NCBI GenBank assembly: GCA_041740815.1
Contig: JBGSLG010000118.1
Span: forward strand, 1 to 57,856
Direction of reading: 5' to 3'
Length of the DNA: 57,856 nt
From: Bacteroidales bacterium
GTDB taxonomy: Bacteria; Bacteroidota; Bacteroidia; Bacteroidales; VadinHA17
This document shows, piece by piece, positions 18,175 through 28,324 of this stretch. Numbering within the stretch: position 1 is the stretch's first letter; each line of letters opens with the position of its first letter. Both the position numbers and the translations under genes were made by a program. The notes beneath the pieces are model-generated. The model was not told the origin of the DNA. It saw only the letters and a program-made list of their open reading frames with translations, and did no database searches.

Positions 18175-21100
18175 CTAAAGTTCCCTGATCCTGAGGTTCC
18201 GGAACCTGACGACGGACCCATGACCAAGGAACGCTATGTGTCCCTTGCTGTTACTCAGGCCGGGGTGCTCCTTACCGTCGATTGTTCCCTTCTCTGTTGC
18301 TTCGGCAATGTCACCGTCAACAATAGTGGCACCGTTCAGCACTACCTTTATCCGTGTTCCCCGGACGGTCACCTCCTCATAGTTCCATTCGCCCACAGGT
18401 CTGAGGAATCCTCTTCTTGCAGGAATGACCCCGTATACTGAACCGTGGTACTGGTAGGGTTCCAGGTCTGCAAAGACAGCTGCGGTATTGTCCAGGATCT
18501 GCAGTTCCATCCCCACGTAGGCGGCATCGCCCTCCATCGGGGTCCGGATGCCAAGTCCGTTGTTGGCCCCCGGGGTGAGCTGAAACTCAAAGCGGAAGAT
18601 AAAATCGGAGTACTCCTTTGCACTGTAAAGGTTTCCGCCGCTGTCATCTCCCGGCTTTATAACTATCATGCCATCCTCAACCGTGTAAGAGACTTTGTTG
18701 CCTTCCCAGCCGTTGAGGTCACGTCCGTTAAAGAGAGAAACGAATCCTGCCTCCTTCTCCGCAGGTGTAAGGACATATTCTGCAGACTTTATCTCCCGAA
18801 TATATATATCCCTGAAATTCAGATCGGTACCATGTGCCTGAAGCTCTACCGCTCCCTTTTCAAAAATCGGGATGCTTCTGTCCCAGTAGTTCTCCATTAT
18901 CACATTGTCTGTTACCAGCTCGCCGTTAAGCCATACGGAGACCCTCTCTCCTGTCATCAGGATACGGAACGTATTCCATTCTCCGATTGGATTATCAGCC
19001 ACAGTAAGGGGTGCTGCTGCGCTTTTCTGGTTGTTATACAGTCCGCCTGAGCCCACCTGTGCACCTGCATCGGTGCGTGAGGTGTCCCATATCTGCACCT
19101 GTGGGGAGCCGCGCAGGTAGATTCCGCTGTCGCCATCTCTTGTGATGCGCCAGTCGACATACATCTCGAAATCGCCGTAATCTCTGACACTGCACATATT
19201 GTCACCTGACCCGCTGAACCATATCATGCCGTCCCTGACGCTCCAGTTATTCAGCATCTTCAGGTCAGCCTCCTTCTGTCTTGTGGCCATCTCTTTGGGT
19301 TTCATCGATGCTCTTGTAAGCGGGTTACCGACCAGCCCTTTCCATCCGCTGAGGTCTTGCCCGTTGAACATCGACTCAAACTCTTCACTTTCAGACAGCT
19401 TCATAGATGCAACGGCCTCTTCAGCGGCTCTCATGACTTCCTCTGCGGGATCTGAGAGGTACTGTGAGATGAAGAAACCAGCCTGGCGTATACCGAGGGC
19501 AGCGGCGGCGGCAATCATCTCATTCTTTGCGTCAGGTGCCATGGCATATGGAGCAATATCTTTAATCAGCAGGAGTTTGCGCTCAGGTGTGACGGTAGCC
19601 AGCGAGACCATTCTCATATAGGCGTCAAAAGCCGGCCTGCCGAAGGTCTTGTTTCCTGAGGCGCAGATATCACTGAGGGCTGACAGGGCTGAATGGTCTG
19701 ACCAGTGTGACAGCGCATCAAAACATACATCGCGTGTCTCAGCATCGCCGTTCCCGAACTCATACGCTACCTGTTTCAGTGCTGCATCTCCTCCGGTGGT
19801 GGCCAGCAGCGGTATGAGCCTCAGCTTGTCTTTGCTCTTTCCAAGAGCCTCAAGTATCAGGTCAGACCTTTTTGAAGGATCGTCACTGCGCATTGCTGCA
19901 CTCAGCAGTGCACGCTGCAGCACGGTTACCTCACCTTTCTCTGATGTCATCTCAAGCAGCCTGATTATCTGCGGCTGATCATCCCATGAGGCCACGGAAG
20001 CCAGCGAGGTCAGTGCTGCAGCTCTCACAGCCATATCCTCCGATGAGGTATAGGGGTAAACAGTTGTGAAATAATCGGTGTTGCCTGACCGTGAAAGAAG
20101 CCACAACAGGGTTACGGTGGCGTGACCTTGTGAGGCAGGCAGGTTGTCTGCCACCCTGGTGATGCTGGTGCTGTCGAGTATCGTAGTAAGGGCATTGGCC
20201 GCTGCACGGTGACCCTCTTCATTATCATACTTCAATATCCAGGAGAGGAGCGGATCCACTGCCTTCTCACCCTGCAGTTTGGCAAGTGCAGTGACAGCCT
20301 CACCGGCCAAATCCTGGTCCGGATCGTTCATTACCTTCGTCATAAGGGGGACGGCCAGTTCATCTCCCCGTTCGCCCAGCATGAAAAGGATCCCGGGTCT
20401 GGCATCACTGCCGACCTTTGCAAACCTGCTAATCCACTTTTTTGTGACGTCGGTGCCAGGCATGGCGGCTGCCATCCGGAGTGCGCCTCCGCGGACTGCC
20501 ACATCGGGATCATCGGCAGCCTCGAGAAGCATATTCAGGGCTCCGTTGCCCTTAACTGCGGTTATGACACTCATTGCGGCGAGGCGCTGGCCTGCCGTCT
20601 GAGGGGTGTTACTTTTTGAGATGACCAGGCCCGTAATCTTATCCATCTCCCTTACATTACCGGCAAGGCCTGTATTTCCTGCATAGAGCAGCAACGACTG
20701 CACTGCGCCTGTCGGATCCCACTTATAAGAGGCCATCTCTGCAGCCTGCAACAGTACAGGACCCGCTTTAGGATCACCTGTCGATGCCATGGCAAAGAGT
20801 GCTGCGGTCCGCTCTGCACTGGTCCCTTTCTCGTTCCAGGCAATATAGCTGTCAATAGCGCCGGGGTAACTGTTTTCAGCAAGGGCAACCATTGTCTGGG
20901 CGGCGCAGGGTGACGATCCGGCCCTTAGCACCGATGCCAGCAGGTCAAGGGCAGCACCGCTCCCTATCGACTGCAGGGTCATGACAGCGTCATCACAGCT
21001 CTCCTGGATGTCTGCAAAAATGCTGAGCGCCTTTACCGCAGCATCAGAGCCTATCAGGTTAAGCTGTCTCATGAAGAAAACCCTCACCTCCCTGTCTCTG

Positions 21101-21441
21101 GCAGCATTCATAAATCTGATACACTGCTTCTCCCACTCTCTCTTGCGGGTGTCATCCTTATCGCCCGAGAGATGGGCCGTGAGTGATGAGACTGCATAGC
21201 GTGCCCTGATGCCATCACCTGTGCCGGCAGGCAACACCTGACCGCAAATGATCGCGGTTCCCTCCTCACCAAGAGAGTACATCTCTTCCATGAGTCGTAC
21301 GGTAAGTTCCCTGCTGTCTGCCGGAAGCCTGGCAAGCAGATCGGCCACCCGCGTCTCAAGGGTTCTAACATCCTGTGCTCCGAGAGATGCACTTAACAGC
21401 AGCACGGCCGGGACCATCAATAGTGTTCTGAGTCTGTTCAT
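18175..21441 (-). CDS. Secreted HEAT-repeat protein with two DUF1080 (3-keto-disaccharide hydrolase-like) domains
   Basis: FNG.DL.GW twice, DSGIYLRG and NNGLGIR, GEWN, LQAHG and FLGHG, FRNLRIREL. Confidence 0.85.
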   Translation of the reverse strand: MNRLRTLLMVPAVLLLSASLGAQDVRTLETRVADLLARLPADSRELTVRLMEEMYSLGEEGTAIICGQVLPAGTGDGIRARYAVSSLTAHLSGDKDDTRKREWEKQCIRFMNAARDREVRVFFMRQLNLIGSDAAVKALSIFADIQESCDDAVMTLQSIGSGAALDLLASVLRAGSSPCAAQTMVALAENSYPGAIDSYIAWNEKGTSAERTAALFAMASTGDPKAGPVLLQAAEMASYKWDPTGAVQSLLLYAGNTGLAGNVREMDKITGLVISKSNTPQTAGQRLAAMSVITAVKGNGALNMLLEAADDPDVAVRGGALRMAAAMPGTDVTKKWISRFAKVGSDARPGILFMLGERGDELAVPLMTKVMNDPDQDLAGEAVTALAKLQGEKAVDPLLSWILKYDNEEGHRAAANALTTILDSTSITRVADNLPASQGHATVTLLWLLSRSGNTDYFTTVYPYTSSEDMAVRAAALTSLASVASWDDQPQIIRLLEMTSEKGEVTVLQRALLSAAMRSDDPSKRSDLILEALGKSKDKLRLIPLLATTGGDAALKQVAYEFGNGDAETRDVCFDALSHWSDHSALSALSDICASGNKTFGRPAFDAYMRMVSLATVTPERKLLLIKDIAPYAMAPDAKNEMIAAAAALGIRQAGFFISQYLSDPAEEVMRAAEEAVASMKLSESEEFESMFNGQDLSGWKGLVGNPLTRASMKPKEMATRQKEADLKMLNNWSVRDGMIWFSGSGDNMCSVRDYGDFEMYVDWRITRDGDSGIYLRGSPQVQIWDTSRTDAGAQVGSGGLYNNQKSAAAPLTVADNPIGEWNTFRILMTGERVSVWLNGELVTDNVIMENYWDRSIPIFEKGAVELQAHGTDLNFRDIYIREIKSAEYVLTPAEKEAGFVSLFNGRDLNGWEGNKVSYTVEDGMIVIKPGDDSGGNLYSAKEYSDFIFRFEFQLTPGANNGLGIRTPMEGDAAYVGMELQILDNTAAVFADLEPYQYHGSVYGVIPARRGFLRPVGEWNYEEVTVRGTRIKVVLNGATIVDGDIAEATEKGTIDGKEHPGLSNSKGHIAFLGHGSVVRFRNLRIREL

Positions 21442-21463
21442 GATTATTATGTTGTTGAATATT

Positions 21464-22726
21464 TTACATATGCCATTCGCCTCTCATAGGCTGGTCTATC
21501 AATGCGTTTGCCGCATCATCACCTATAAAGAGCTGGTTCACCGGATCGAACCTGAGGTTTCGTCCCAGCCGCAGAGCAACGACTCCCATGTTTACTATAG
21601 TGCATGACCGGTGCCCGTTCGCCTCGTTGAGGGCAAAGGGTTTTCTTGTCCTGACCGACTCTGAGAACTGGGTCACCTGGGGTGCAGGGTCAGGCAGGTC
21701 ATTGACAAGGTCAGTAAGGTTGGGTATGTCGGAGACAAAGCCCTTGAATATTTTGCCTGCCGGCCCTTCAATATATGCAGCATCCTTATCGCGGTTTTCG
21801 CCGTCGAGTATAATGCTGCATCCGTCATCATAGGTGTAGGTTATGCGTCGCCATGACCCAACAGCGTCATAGTGCTGCTGAGGTGCATCGATCTCCACCG
21901 AAACGGGGCTTGTATCATCCTTGCCCAACAGGTATTGCACCGGGTCGATATAATGCTGCCCCATATCTCCGAGGCCACCTCCGTCATAATCCCAGTATCC
22001 CCGGAAGTTCTCATGGACCCTCATCTTGTTATATGGCTTGAAGGGAGCAGGCCCCAGCCACATGTTATAATCAAGGGCCGAAGGCACCGGCTGTGGTTCA
22101 AGGTCAGTCAGTCCGCTCCAGTAAAACTTCCAGTCATAGCCTGTGATGCCGCTGATGGTCACCTTCAGTGGCCAGCCCAGCACTCCGCTGTCGACAATCT
22201 TTTTAAGCGGCATGACGGTGGTACCGAGGCCATAGAACTGGCCGCTGAACCTGAACCAGGTGTTGAGCCTGAACATCCTTCCGTTCGCCTTCACGGCTTC
22301 AACAAGCCTCTTCCCCTCTCCTATTGTTCGTGTCATTGGCTTCTCGCACCATATGTCCTTTCCCGCTTCCGCGGCCATCCTGGCAATTACACCGTGCCAG
22401 TGAGGCGGCGTGGCAATGTGTACAATATCAATGTCAGGCCTGGCAATGAGCTCCCGGAAGTCGTGATAACCCGTCACACCCTTCCCTGCCCTGTCGAGTG
22501 CCCTCCTGAGATGACCCGAGTCAACATCACATACTGCCAGCAGACGGGTGTTCTCGTACCCGAAATGGCCGAGGCCCATTCCTCCGACACCGATTATACC
22601 TTTTGTAAGCTGATCGCTTGGTGCAAGATATCTACTTCCGCCCAGCACATGACGGGGAATGAGCGTGAGACCGAGCCCTGCAGCCGTGCTCCTGGCAATG
22701 AACCTGCGCCTTCCTGATTTTTCCAT
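21464..22726 (-). CDS. Tat-exported Gfo/Idh/MocA oxidoreductase
   Basis: MEKSGRRRFI twin-Arg signal (start 22726); GIIGVGGMG, ATPPHWH, CEKP and DMGQH motifs. Confidence 0.9.
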   Translation of the reverse strand: MEKSGRRRFIARSTAAGLGLTLIPRHVLGGSRYLAPSDQLTKGIIGVGGMGLGHFGYENTRLLAVCDVDSGHLRRALDRAGKGVTGYHDFRELIARPDIDIVHIATPPHWHGVIARMAAEAGKDIWCEKPMTRTIGEGKRLVEAVKANGRMFRLNTWFRFSGQFYGLGTTVMPLKKIVDSGVLGWPLKVTISGITGYDWKFYWSGLTDLEPQPVPSALDYNMWLGPAPFKPYNKMRVHENFRGYWDYDGGGLGDMGQHYIDPVQYLLGKDDTSPVSVEIDAPQQHYDAVGSWRRITYTYDDGCSIILDGENRDKDAAYIEGPAGKIFKGFVSDIPNLTDLVNDLPDPAPQVTQFSESVRTRKPFALNEANGHRSCTIVNMGVVALRLGRNLRFDPVNQLFIGDDAANALIDQPMRGEWHM

Positions 22727-22853
22727 ATTAAAGTCGTTTGAAAATTCAATGTCTGTAAATATAAAGAATTTGACTAAATTGTCCGGTGACAATAATCTCC
22801 CCGGGAATAACATTAAAAAAAAAGTCCATGAGAACACTGCTGCCTTTTATTAT

Positions 22854-23100
22854 GAGATCCGGAATTTCCTGGCCGGAAGGGGGTGCAGGTTGTGGATATG
22901 GGGCGACAGGCTCATTGACGGGAAGACCACAGGCTAAGGAATGTGGGAAGCAAGCATGAATAACACCCACAGGGCCATTGACATGATAAGCAAGGATGTG
23001 GTCATATGCGACTGGCACTGCCTCTCAGGGCAAAGAGAGGAGTGCTGCAAACACATTTTACATCCTGACCAGGGAGATTGCCGGCATCCGGAAAGATTAG
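22854..23100 (+). pseudogene. Remnant of a GH20-like glycoside hydrolase gene
   Basis: Reads EIRNFLAGRGCRLWIWGDRLIDGKTTG*GMWEASMNNTHRAIDMISKDVVICDWH with in-frame TAA at 22935-22937; no N-terminus; frameshifted tail. Confidence 0.65.
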
Positions 23101-23106
23101 AAGGCT

Positions 23107-24633
23107 CTACTCTTCTGCGGGCACATTATACTGTTTCCTGAGGCCGTCAAGACGCTTCCTGAGATCTTTCTCAATGGCATCATAGTCAGGGTCATCAATA
23201 AGGTTGCTCATCTCATGCGGGTCAGTACTGAGATCATACAGCTCCCATCGGTCTATGTCATTATAAAAATGAATGAGCTTGTACCTGTCGGTTCTGATTC
23301 CGTAGTGTCGCTTCACCGCATGCTCTGCGGGGAACTCATAGTAATGGTAATATAATGCATCACGCCATCCTTTCGTTTTTGATCCGCTGAGCAGAGGCAC
23401 GAGGGATACCCCCTGCATCTCTTCCGGCGGCCTGACGCCTGCCAGTTCAAGGAAGGTGGGCGCAAAATCAATATTCTGGACCATCTGTTCGATATCCCCA
23501 TGGGCAGTCAGGCCCTCTGGCAACCTCATCATCAGCGGAGTCCTGAAAGACTCCTCATACATGAACCGTTTGTCAAACCAGCCATGTTCGCCAAGATAAA
23601 AGCCCTGGTCTGATGTATATACAACCAGTGTGTTTTTCAGCAGACCCTCCGATTCGAGATAATCTAGCAGCCGACCCGTATTGCGGTCTACTGACTGTAT
23701 CGTACGAAGGTAATCAGTCAGATACCTGTTGAGTTTATAAAGCGCCAGGGAATCGCCAACCGGAGGGTTGGCGTTATAGGCACTGCTGATGCTGTCATAC
23801 TCGCTCAGCCATGCCTTCCGCTGATCCGGAGTCAGGCGGTTATTGACATACCACAGATAGTCCTTTTCAGACTGTGACAGTGAGTCTCCATCGGCACCGG
23901 TGATCTTCAGATCACTTGCCATTCGCATGTCCTTCATGACACTCATCTCCTGCTCAGCTGCGGCCTGTCTCCCCTGGTAGGTGTCAAAGAATGTCTCCGG
24001 CACCGGGAATACTGTTCCGTCATAAAGGTCGAGGTCGGCCGTGTCAGGCATCCAGTTGCGGTGAGGAGCCTTGTGATGTACAAGCAGGCAGAAGGGCTTG
24101 TCCCTGTCACGCTTATCCATCCAGTCGATAGCCATGTCAGTAATGAGGGTGGTGGCGTAGCCTGTCACCCTGTATTTACGCCCCATCTCAATGAAGTCGG
24201 GGTTATAATAGCTCCCCTGACCGGGAAGGATATTCCAGTAGTCGAAGCCGGTGGGCTCGCTCTTCAGGTGCCACTTGCCAATCAGGGCTGTCTGGTAACC
24301 AGCCTCCTGGAGCAGTTTCGGGAAGGTCACCTGGGAGCTGTCAAACCTGTTCCTGTTGTCACGATGCCCATTGCTGTGGCTGTGCTTTCCTGTCAGCAGC
24401 GCCGCCCTGCTCGGGGCGCAGATGGAGTTGCATACGAAGCTGTTGCGGAAGAGGATTCCCTCATCAGCAATGCGGTCGAGGTTTGGGGTACTGTTGATCT
24501 CACTGCCGTATGCGCCAACAGCCTGGTATGCATGATCATCGGTCATGATGAAGATGATATTCGGACGCAGGGGCTCCTGCCTGGCGCATGACCAGATCAG
24601 AATAAGCAGAGTCAGAAGAACCAGATGCCTCAT
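23107..24633 (-). CDS. S1 sulfatase lipoprotein (Cys-type, mucin-desulfating / GlcNAc-6-sulfatase-like)
   Basis: Lipobox IWSC; DDH, CAPSRAALLTG, GKWHL, HKAPH and SDQGFYLGEHGWFDKR motifs. Confidence 0.9.
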   Translation of the reverse strand: MRHLVLLTLLILIWSCARQEPLRPNIIFIMTDDHAYQAVGAYGSEINSTPNLDRIADEGILFRNSFVCNSICAPSRAALLTGKHSHSNGHRDNRNRFDSSQVTFPKLLQEAGYQTALIGKWHLKSEPTGFDYWNILPGQGSYYNPDFIEMGRKYRVTGYATTLITDMAIDWMDKRDRDKPFCLLVHHKAPHRNWMPDTADLDLYDGTVFPVPETFFDTYQGRQAAAEQEMSVMKDMRMASDLKITGADGDSLSQSEKDYLWYVNNRLTPDQRKAWLSEYDSISSAYNANPPVGDSLALYKLNRYLTDYLRTIQSVDRNTGRLLDYLESEGLLKNTLVVYTSDQGFYLGEHGWFDKRFMYEESFRTPLMMRLPEGLTAHGDIEQMVQNIDFAPTFLELAGVRPPEEMQGVSLVPLLSGSKTKGWRDALYYHYYEFPAEHAVKRHYGIRTDRYKLIHFYNDIDRWELYDLSTDPHEMSNLIDDPDYDAIEKDLRKRLDGLRKQYNVPAEE

Positions 24634-24699
24634 AACTTATTTATTGATTTATGGAAATTAACTTCTGATGCAATCTGCAGAGGCCTTCCCCGGCTACTG

Positions 24700-25866
24700 T
24701 CAGATTGTGACTAACTTTTTCCTGATAATTATCCAGGCTACTATCAGCAGGTAGGCGGCACAGAGTAACAGCACCCCCATTCCGAACACCACTCCAAGCG
24801 AGTCACTCACAAGTCCCATCACCGGAGGAATCAATGCACCGCCGGAGATTGCCATCATCATAAGCCCCGAGATCTCATTGCTTCTTTCCGGGTATCTCTG
24901 TACAGTAAGTGAGTAGACCAGGGGGAAGATGTTGGCCACGCCAAGGCCGATAATGAACACCAGCGCCCAGGCGGCACCTTTCGATGGTATGACCAGTATA
25001 AGAAAGATTGAAAGGATAGAGAGGATGGCACTATAAAGTAGTCCTTTCGTCGATGAGAGCCTGGTAAGCAGCAGCGCCCCGACAAAGGTACCCAGCAGAC
25101 GGCCAAAGAAGTAAACGCTGCGGCCTGACTGGGCTGCCACCTCTTCAATACCGAACCTGGTTGTGAGGTACTTGCCGGAAAAGTAGTTGAACCCCACGTC
25201 AATGCCCACCACAAGGAAGATGGATATCACCATCATGAGGACATATGAGTTACCAAGCAGCCTGAAGGCAGACGCCATTGAGGCTTTCTCTCCTGTCACG
25301 GCGGTCTCTTCTACTTTCACCGTACTGAGCCATAGGACGCTTAGGAAGGAGATGATACCGTAAACGAGAAACAGCAGCTTCCAGTCGCCGAAGCGGCTTG
25401 CAAACAGAGCTGCAAGGGGTGCGGCAATCATTGAACCTATTGCCTTTATGAACTGTGAGAAACTGAGGAAGCTGGAGGCTCTTCTCCCAGGAACTACGTC
25501 TACGAGGAGGGGATTTGCAGAGACCTGCACTATGGTGTTGCCAATGCCCAGCAACGCAAAGCCTGCAATAACGGTGATGAAGTTGTAAAAAAAATACGGA
25601 ATGAACAGCCCTATGCCGGTGATAGCCATGCCGATGTTAAGCATCACTTTCTTTCCTACCCGTGCCTGAAGGATACCTACAGGCACCGAGAGGAGGAAGA
25701 ACCAGATGAAAGCCGCGAATGGTATGAGCCCGAGTATGAAATCGCTCAGGCCGAGATCGCCTGCCACACGGTCCTTGCCGATACCCACAAGGTCAACAAA
25801 ACTCATCACGAAGAAAGAGAGGAGCACCGGCACCACCAGTCTCATCTCGGTTTTTTTCTCATTCAT
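24700..25866 (-). CDS. MFS sugar transporter (FucP/GluP-like)
   Basis: About 12 TM helices; QVSANP, ANIFP and SGGALIP motifs. Confidence 0.85.
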   Translation of the reverse strand: MNEKKTEMRLVVPVLLSFFVMSFVDLVGIGKDRVAGDLGLSDFILGLIPFAAFIWFFLLSVPVGILQARVGKKVMLNIGMAITGIGLFIPYFFYNFITVIAGFALLGIGNTIVQVSANPLLVDVVPGRRASSFLSFSQFIKAIGSMIAAPLAALFASRFGDWKLLFLVYGIISFLSVLWLSTVKVEETAVTGEKASMASAFRLLGNSYVLMMVISIFLVVGIDVGFNYFSGKYLTTRFGIEEVAAQSGRSVYFFGRLLGTFVGALLLTRLSSTKGLLYSAILSILSIFLILVIPSKGAAWALVFIIGLGVANIFPLVYSLTVQRYPERSNEISGLMMMAISGGALIPPVMGLVSDSLGVVFGMGVLLLCAAYLLIVAWIIIRKKLVTI

Positions 25867-25885
25867 TATTTCAGGTTGTTAGGAC

Positions 25886-26830
25886 TTACATTAAATGAAG
25901 CGCAGGTTGTACTGCCTTCCAGAATCCATCATCGAAAAGATAGGCGCTGCCCAGCAGGGCGGCATCCTCCTTCAGTTCCGATATGGCAACCGAAGTGTGG
26001 CAACCGGCCTGTCTCAGTTCATCTTCGAAAGCGGGTCCGAAGAGGGTCCAGGCATGGGAGATATTCCCGCCTATCACCAGAATTTCTGCCTCGAATCTTA
26101 TCAGCCACGGAGCGAGAAAGGCTCCCAGGCTTGTCCCGAACTCAGTGAAGAGGCCTCGCACTTCCGGCAGATGCTCTGCCTCCATGGCCACCTCCTTCAC
26201 CCCGGCTGCTTCCCTGCCTGTCAACTCGACGAACCTGGAGGTGAACCAGCGTGTTGAGAAGTAGTCGTCAGCAATGCCGTTACCGAAAGGGAGGTGATAA
26301 ACGCATCCCATTTTCGGTACCCTGTCGCCGTCAACCACCGGTATGCGGTCATCCAGGAAGGCTGAACCGAATCCGGTTCCAAGCGTTATAGCCATCATCT
26401 TCCGGATGCCGGATGCCTTTCCTGCCCACGCTTCGCCTACAGCGAAGGAACTGGCATCATTCATGAACCTCACCCTGCAGTCGCAAGGCAGGCCCAGCCG
26501 TGAACCAACAGCTTTTCCCACATTGACACCGTAGAGGTTTTCATACTTGGGGACACCCTTGATGAGGCATATTCCCTTGACATAGTCGAAAGGTCCCGGC
26601 ATTGCAAATCCTATTCCCCGAAGATTGAATATCTGTATTCCCCTCAGGACCCTCCTCAGGGTATCAGTCCATACCGTCAGTATTTCATCGGCCTCCGCCT
26701 TGTTGTCAACCGGGCTTTCTGCACGTGAGCCGCTGATGATCCTGTGACTCTCCATATCAACTGCAACGGCTGTGATATGGCTGCCACCGATGTCTGCGCC
26801 TATGGCAATGTTCTGAAGTGAAGTACTCAT
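25886..26830 (-). CDS. ROK family sugar kinase
   Basis: ADIGGSH, GFAMPGPFD, NDA, TLGTGFGS and IGGNI motifs. Confidence 0.9.
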   Translation of the reverse strand: MSTSLQNIAIGADIGGSHITAVAVDMESHRIISGSRAESPVDNKAEADEILTVWTDTLRRVLRGIQIFNLRGIGFAMPGPFDYVKGICLIKGVPKYENLYGVNVGKAVGSRLGLPCDCRVRFMNDASSFAVGEAWAGKASGIRKMMAITLGTGFGSAFLDDRIPVVDGDRVPKMGCVYHLPFGNGIADDYFSTRWFTSRFVELTGREAAGVKEVAMEAEHLPEVRGLFTEFGTSLGAFLAPWLIRFEAEILVIGGNISHAWTLFGPAFEDELRQAGCHTSVAISELKEDAALLGSAYLFDDGFWKAVQPALHLM

Positions 26831-27006
26831 TTTATGTTATCTGAAGATTCTTAATTCGAGGCAATGAAAATATCTATTTTCCCAAAGAGTGCCAAATGAA
26901 TTCATTTTTATCTTCTCAAAATAATAGGAGCAGTCTGATAATTATTATAAATTCGTCAGATTATTCCCAATCACACTCACCAATTACAATTTAAACTTAT
27001 CTGATT

Positions 27007-28323
27007 ATGTCAAAGGCCACAAAGGAGGAAGCACTCCTCTATCATAGCAGCGGACGCAAAGGCAAGGTTGAAGTTATTCCTACCAAGCCTTACTGTACAC
27101 AGTCTGATCTGAGTCTTGCCTACACTCCCGGGGTTGCCTATCCCTGCCTCGAGATAGAGAAGAACCCTGATGATGCATACCAGTACACTGCCAAGGGGAA
27201 CCTTGTGGCCGTCATCTCCAACGGCACAGCCGTTCTGGGGCTGGGCGACATCGGTGCTCTTGCCGGCAAGCCGGTGATGGAAGGCAAGGGGCTGCTCTTC
27301 AAGGTTTTTGCCGATGTTGACGTATTTGATATTGAGGTTGATGAAAAGGATCCTGATAAGCTTATTGAGATATGTGCAAAGATTGCCCCTACTTTTGGAG
27401 GGATCAATCTCGAGGATATCAAGGCTCCGGAGTGTTTTGAGGTTGAGACCCGGCTCAAGGAGATGCTTGACATCCCGGTTTTTCATGATGACCAGCACGG
27501 AACGGCAATCATCTCGGCAGCCGGGCTTTTGAGCGCCATAGACATCAGCGGGAAAAAACTTTCCGAAATGAAGGTAGTCGTTTGCGGCGCCGGTGCCGCA
27601 GCCAACTCATGTACCCGCCTCTATGTGGCACTGGGTATCAGGAAGGAGAATGTTGTAATGGTTGACAGCAAGGGAGTTATCAATACAAAAAGGACTGATC
27701 TCAACAAATACAAGAAAGAGTGGATCACCGACCGGGATATTAACACCCTGGCAGAGGCAGTTAACGGTGCTGATCTTTTCCTTGGACTGTCTGTTGCCAA
27801 TATGCTTACCAAAGAGATGCTCAGTACTATGGCCCCTCATCCTATTGTATTTGCCATGGCCAACCCCAATCCGGAGATAAGCTATGAAGACGCCATGGAA
27901 ACCCGTGATGACCTGATCTTTGCCACCGGGAGGTCCGACTATCCCAACCAGATAAATAATGTGCTCGGTTTCCCCTTTATCTTCAGAGGAGCCCTTGATG
28001 TAAGGGCAAGAACGATCAACGAGGAGATGAAACTGGCGGCCACAAGGGCTCTTGCTGAACTGGCCAAAGAGCCTGTTCCGGAATCAGTGCTGAAGGCTTA
28101 CGGGCTTGACAAACTTGAATTCGGCAGGGAATACATCATCCCCAAACCACTTGATCCCCGCCTGATCTCAAGGGTGGCCTCAGCCGTGGCTATGGCTGCG
28201 GTTGAGACCGGGGTTGCGAGGCTGAAGATTGACGACTGGGATGCCTACAGGCAGTCACTAAGCAAACGAACCTCAGAGCATATCGGCAGGATCTCGGACA
28301 TCTGCTGTCTGAGACACCCCTAA
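27007..28323 (+). CDS. maeB: NAD(P)-dependent malic enzyme, MaeB-type catalytic domains only (no PTA domain)
   Basis: AYTPGVA, KPVMEGK, NLEDI, FHDDQHGT, GAGAA and NQINNVLGFP motifs; 438 aa. Confidence 0.9.
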   Translation: MSKATKEEALLYHSSGRKGKVEVIPTKPYCTQSDLSLAYTPGVAYPCLEIEKNPDDAYQYTAKGNLVAVISNGTAVLGLGDIGALAGKPVMEGKGLLFKVFADVDVFDIEVDEKDPDKLIEICAKIAPTFGGINLEDIKAPECFEVETRLKEMLDIPVFHDDQHGTAIISAAGLLSAIDISGKKLSEMKVVVCGAGAAANSCTRLYVALGIRKENVVMVDSKGVINTKRTDLNKYKKEWITDRDINTLAEAVNGADLFLGLSVANMLTKEMLSTMAPHPIVFAMANPNPEISYEDAMETRDDLIFATGRSDYPNQINNVLGFPFIFRGALDVRARTINEEMKLAATRALAELAKEPVPESVLKAYGLDKLEFGREYIIPKPLDPRLISRVASAVAMAAVETGVARLKIDDWDAYRQSLSKRTSEHIGRISDICCLRHP

Positions 28324-28324
28324 G

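Noticed and set aside
21872-22717. 281-aa plus-strand ORF
   Set aside because: Entirely antisense to the well-supported Gfo/Idh/MocA gene and has no recognisable motifs; shadow ORF
22727-22837. N-terminal extension of the Gfo/Idh/MocA ORF
   Set aside because: The Tat signal begins at ATG 22726 and the upstream sequence is AT-rich and promoter-like
22935-22937. Stop-codon readthrough or recoding at the in-frame TAA
   Set aside because: The fragment also lacks its N-terminus and has a frameshifted tail, and TAA terminates many normal genes here, so pseudogenisation is simpler
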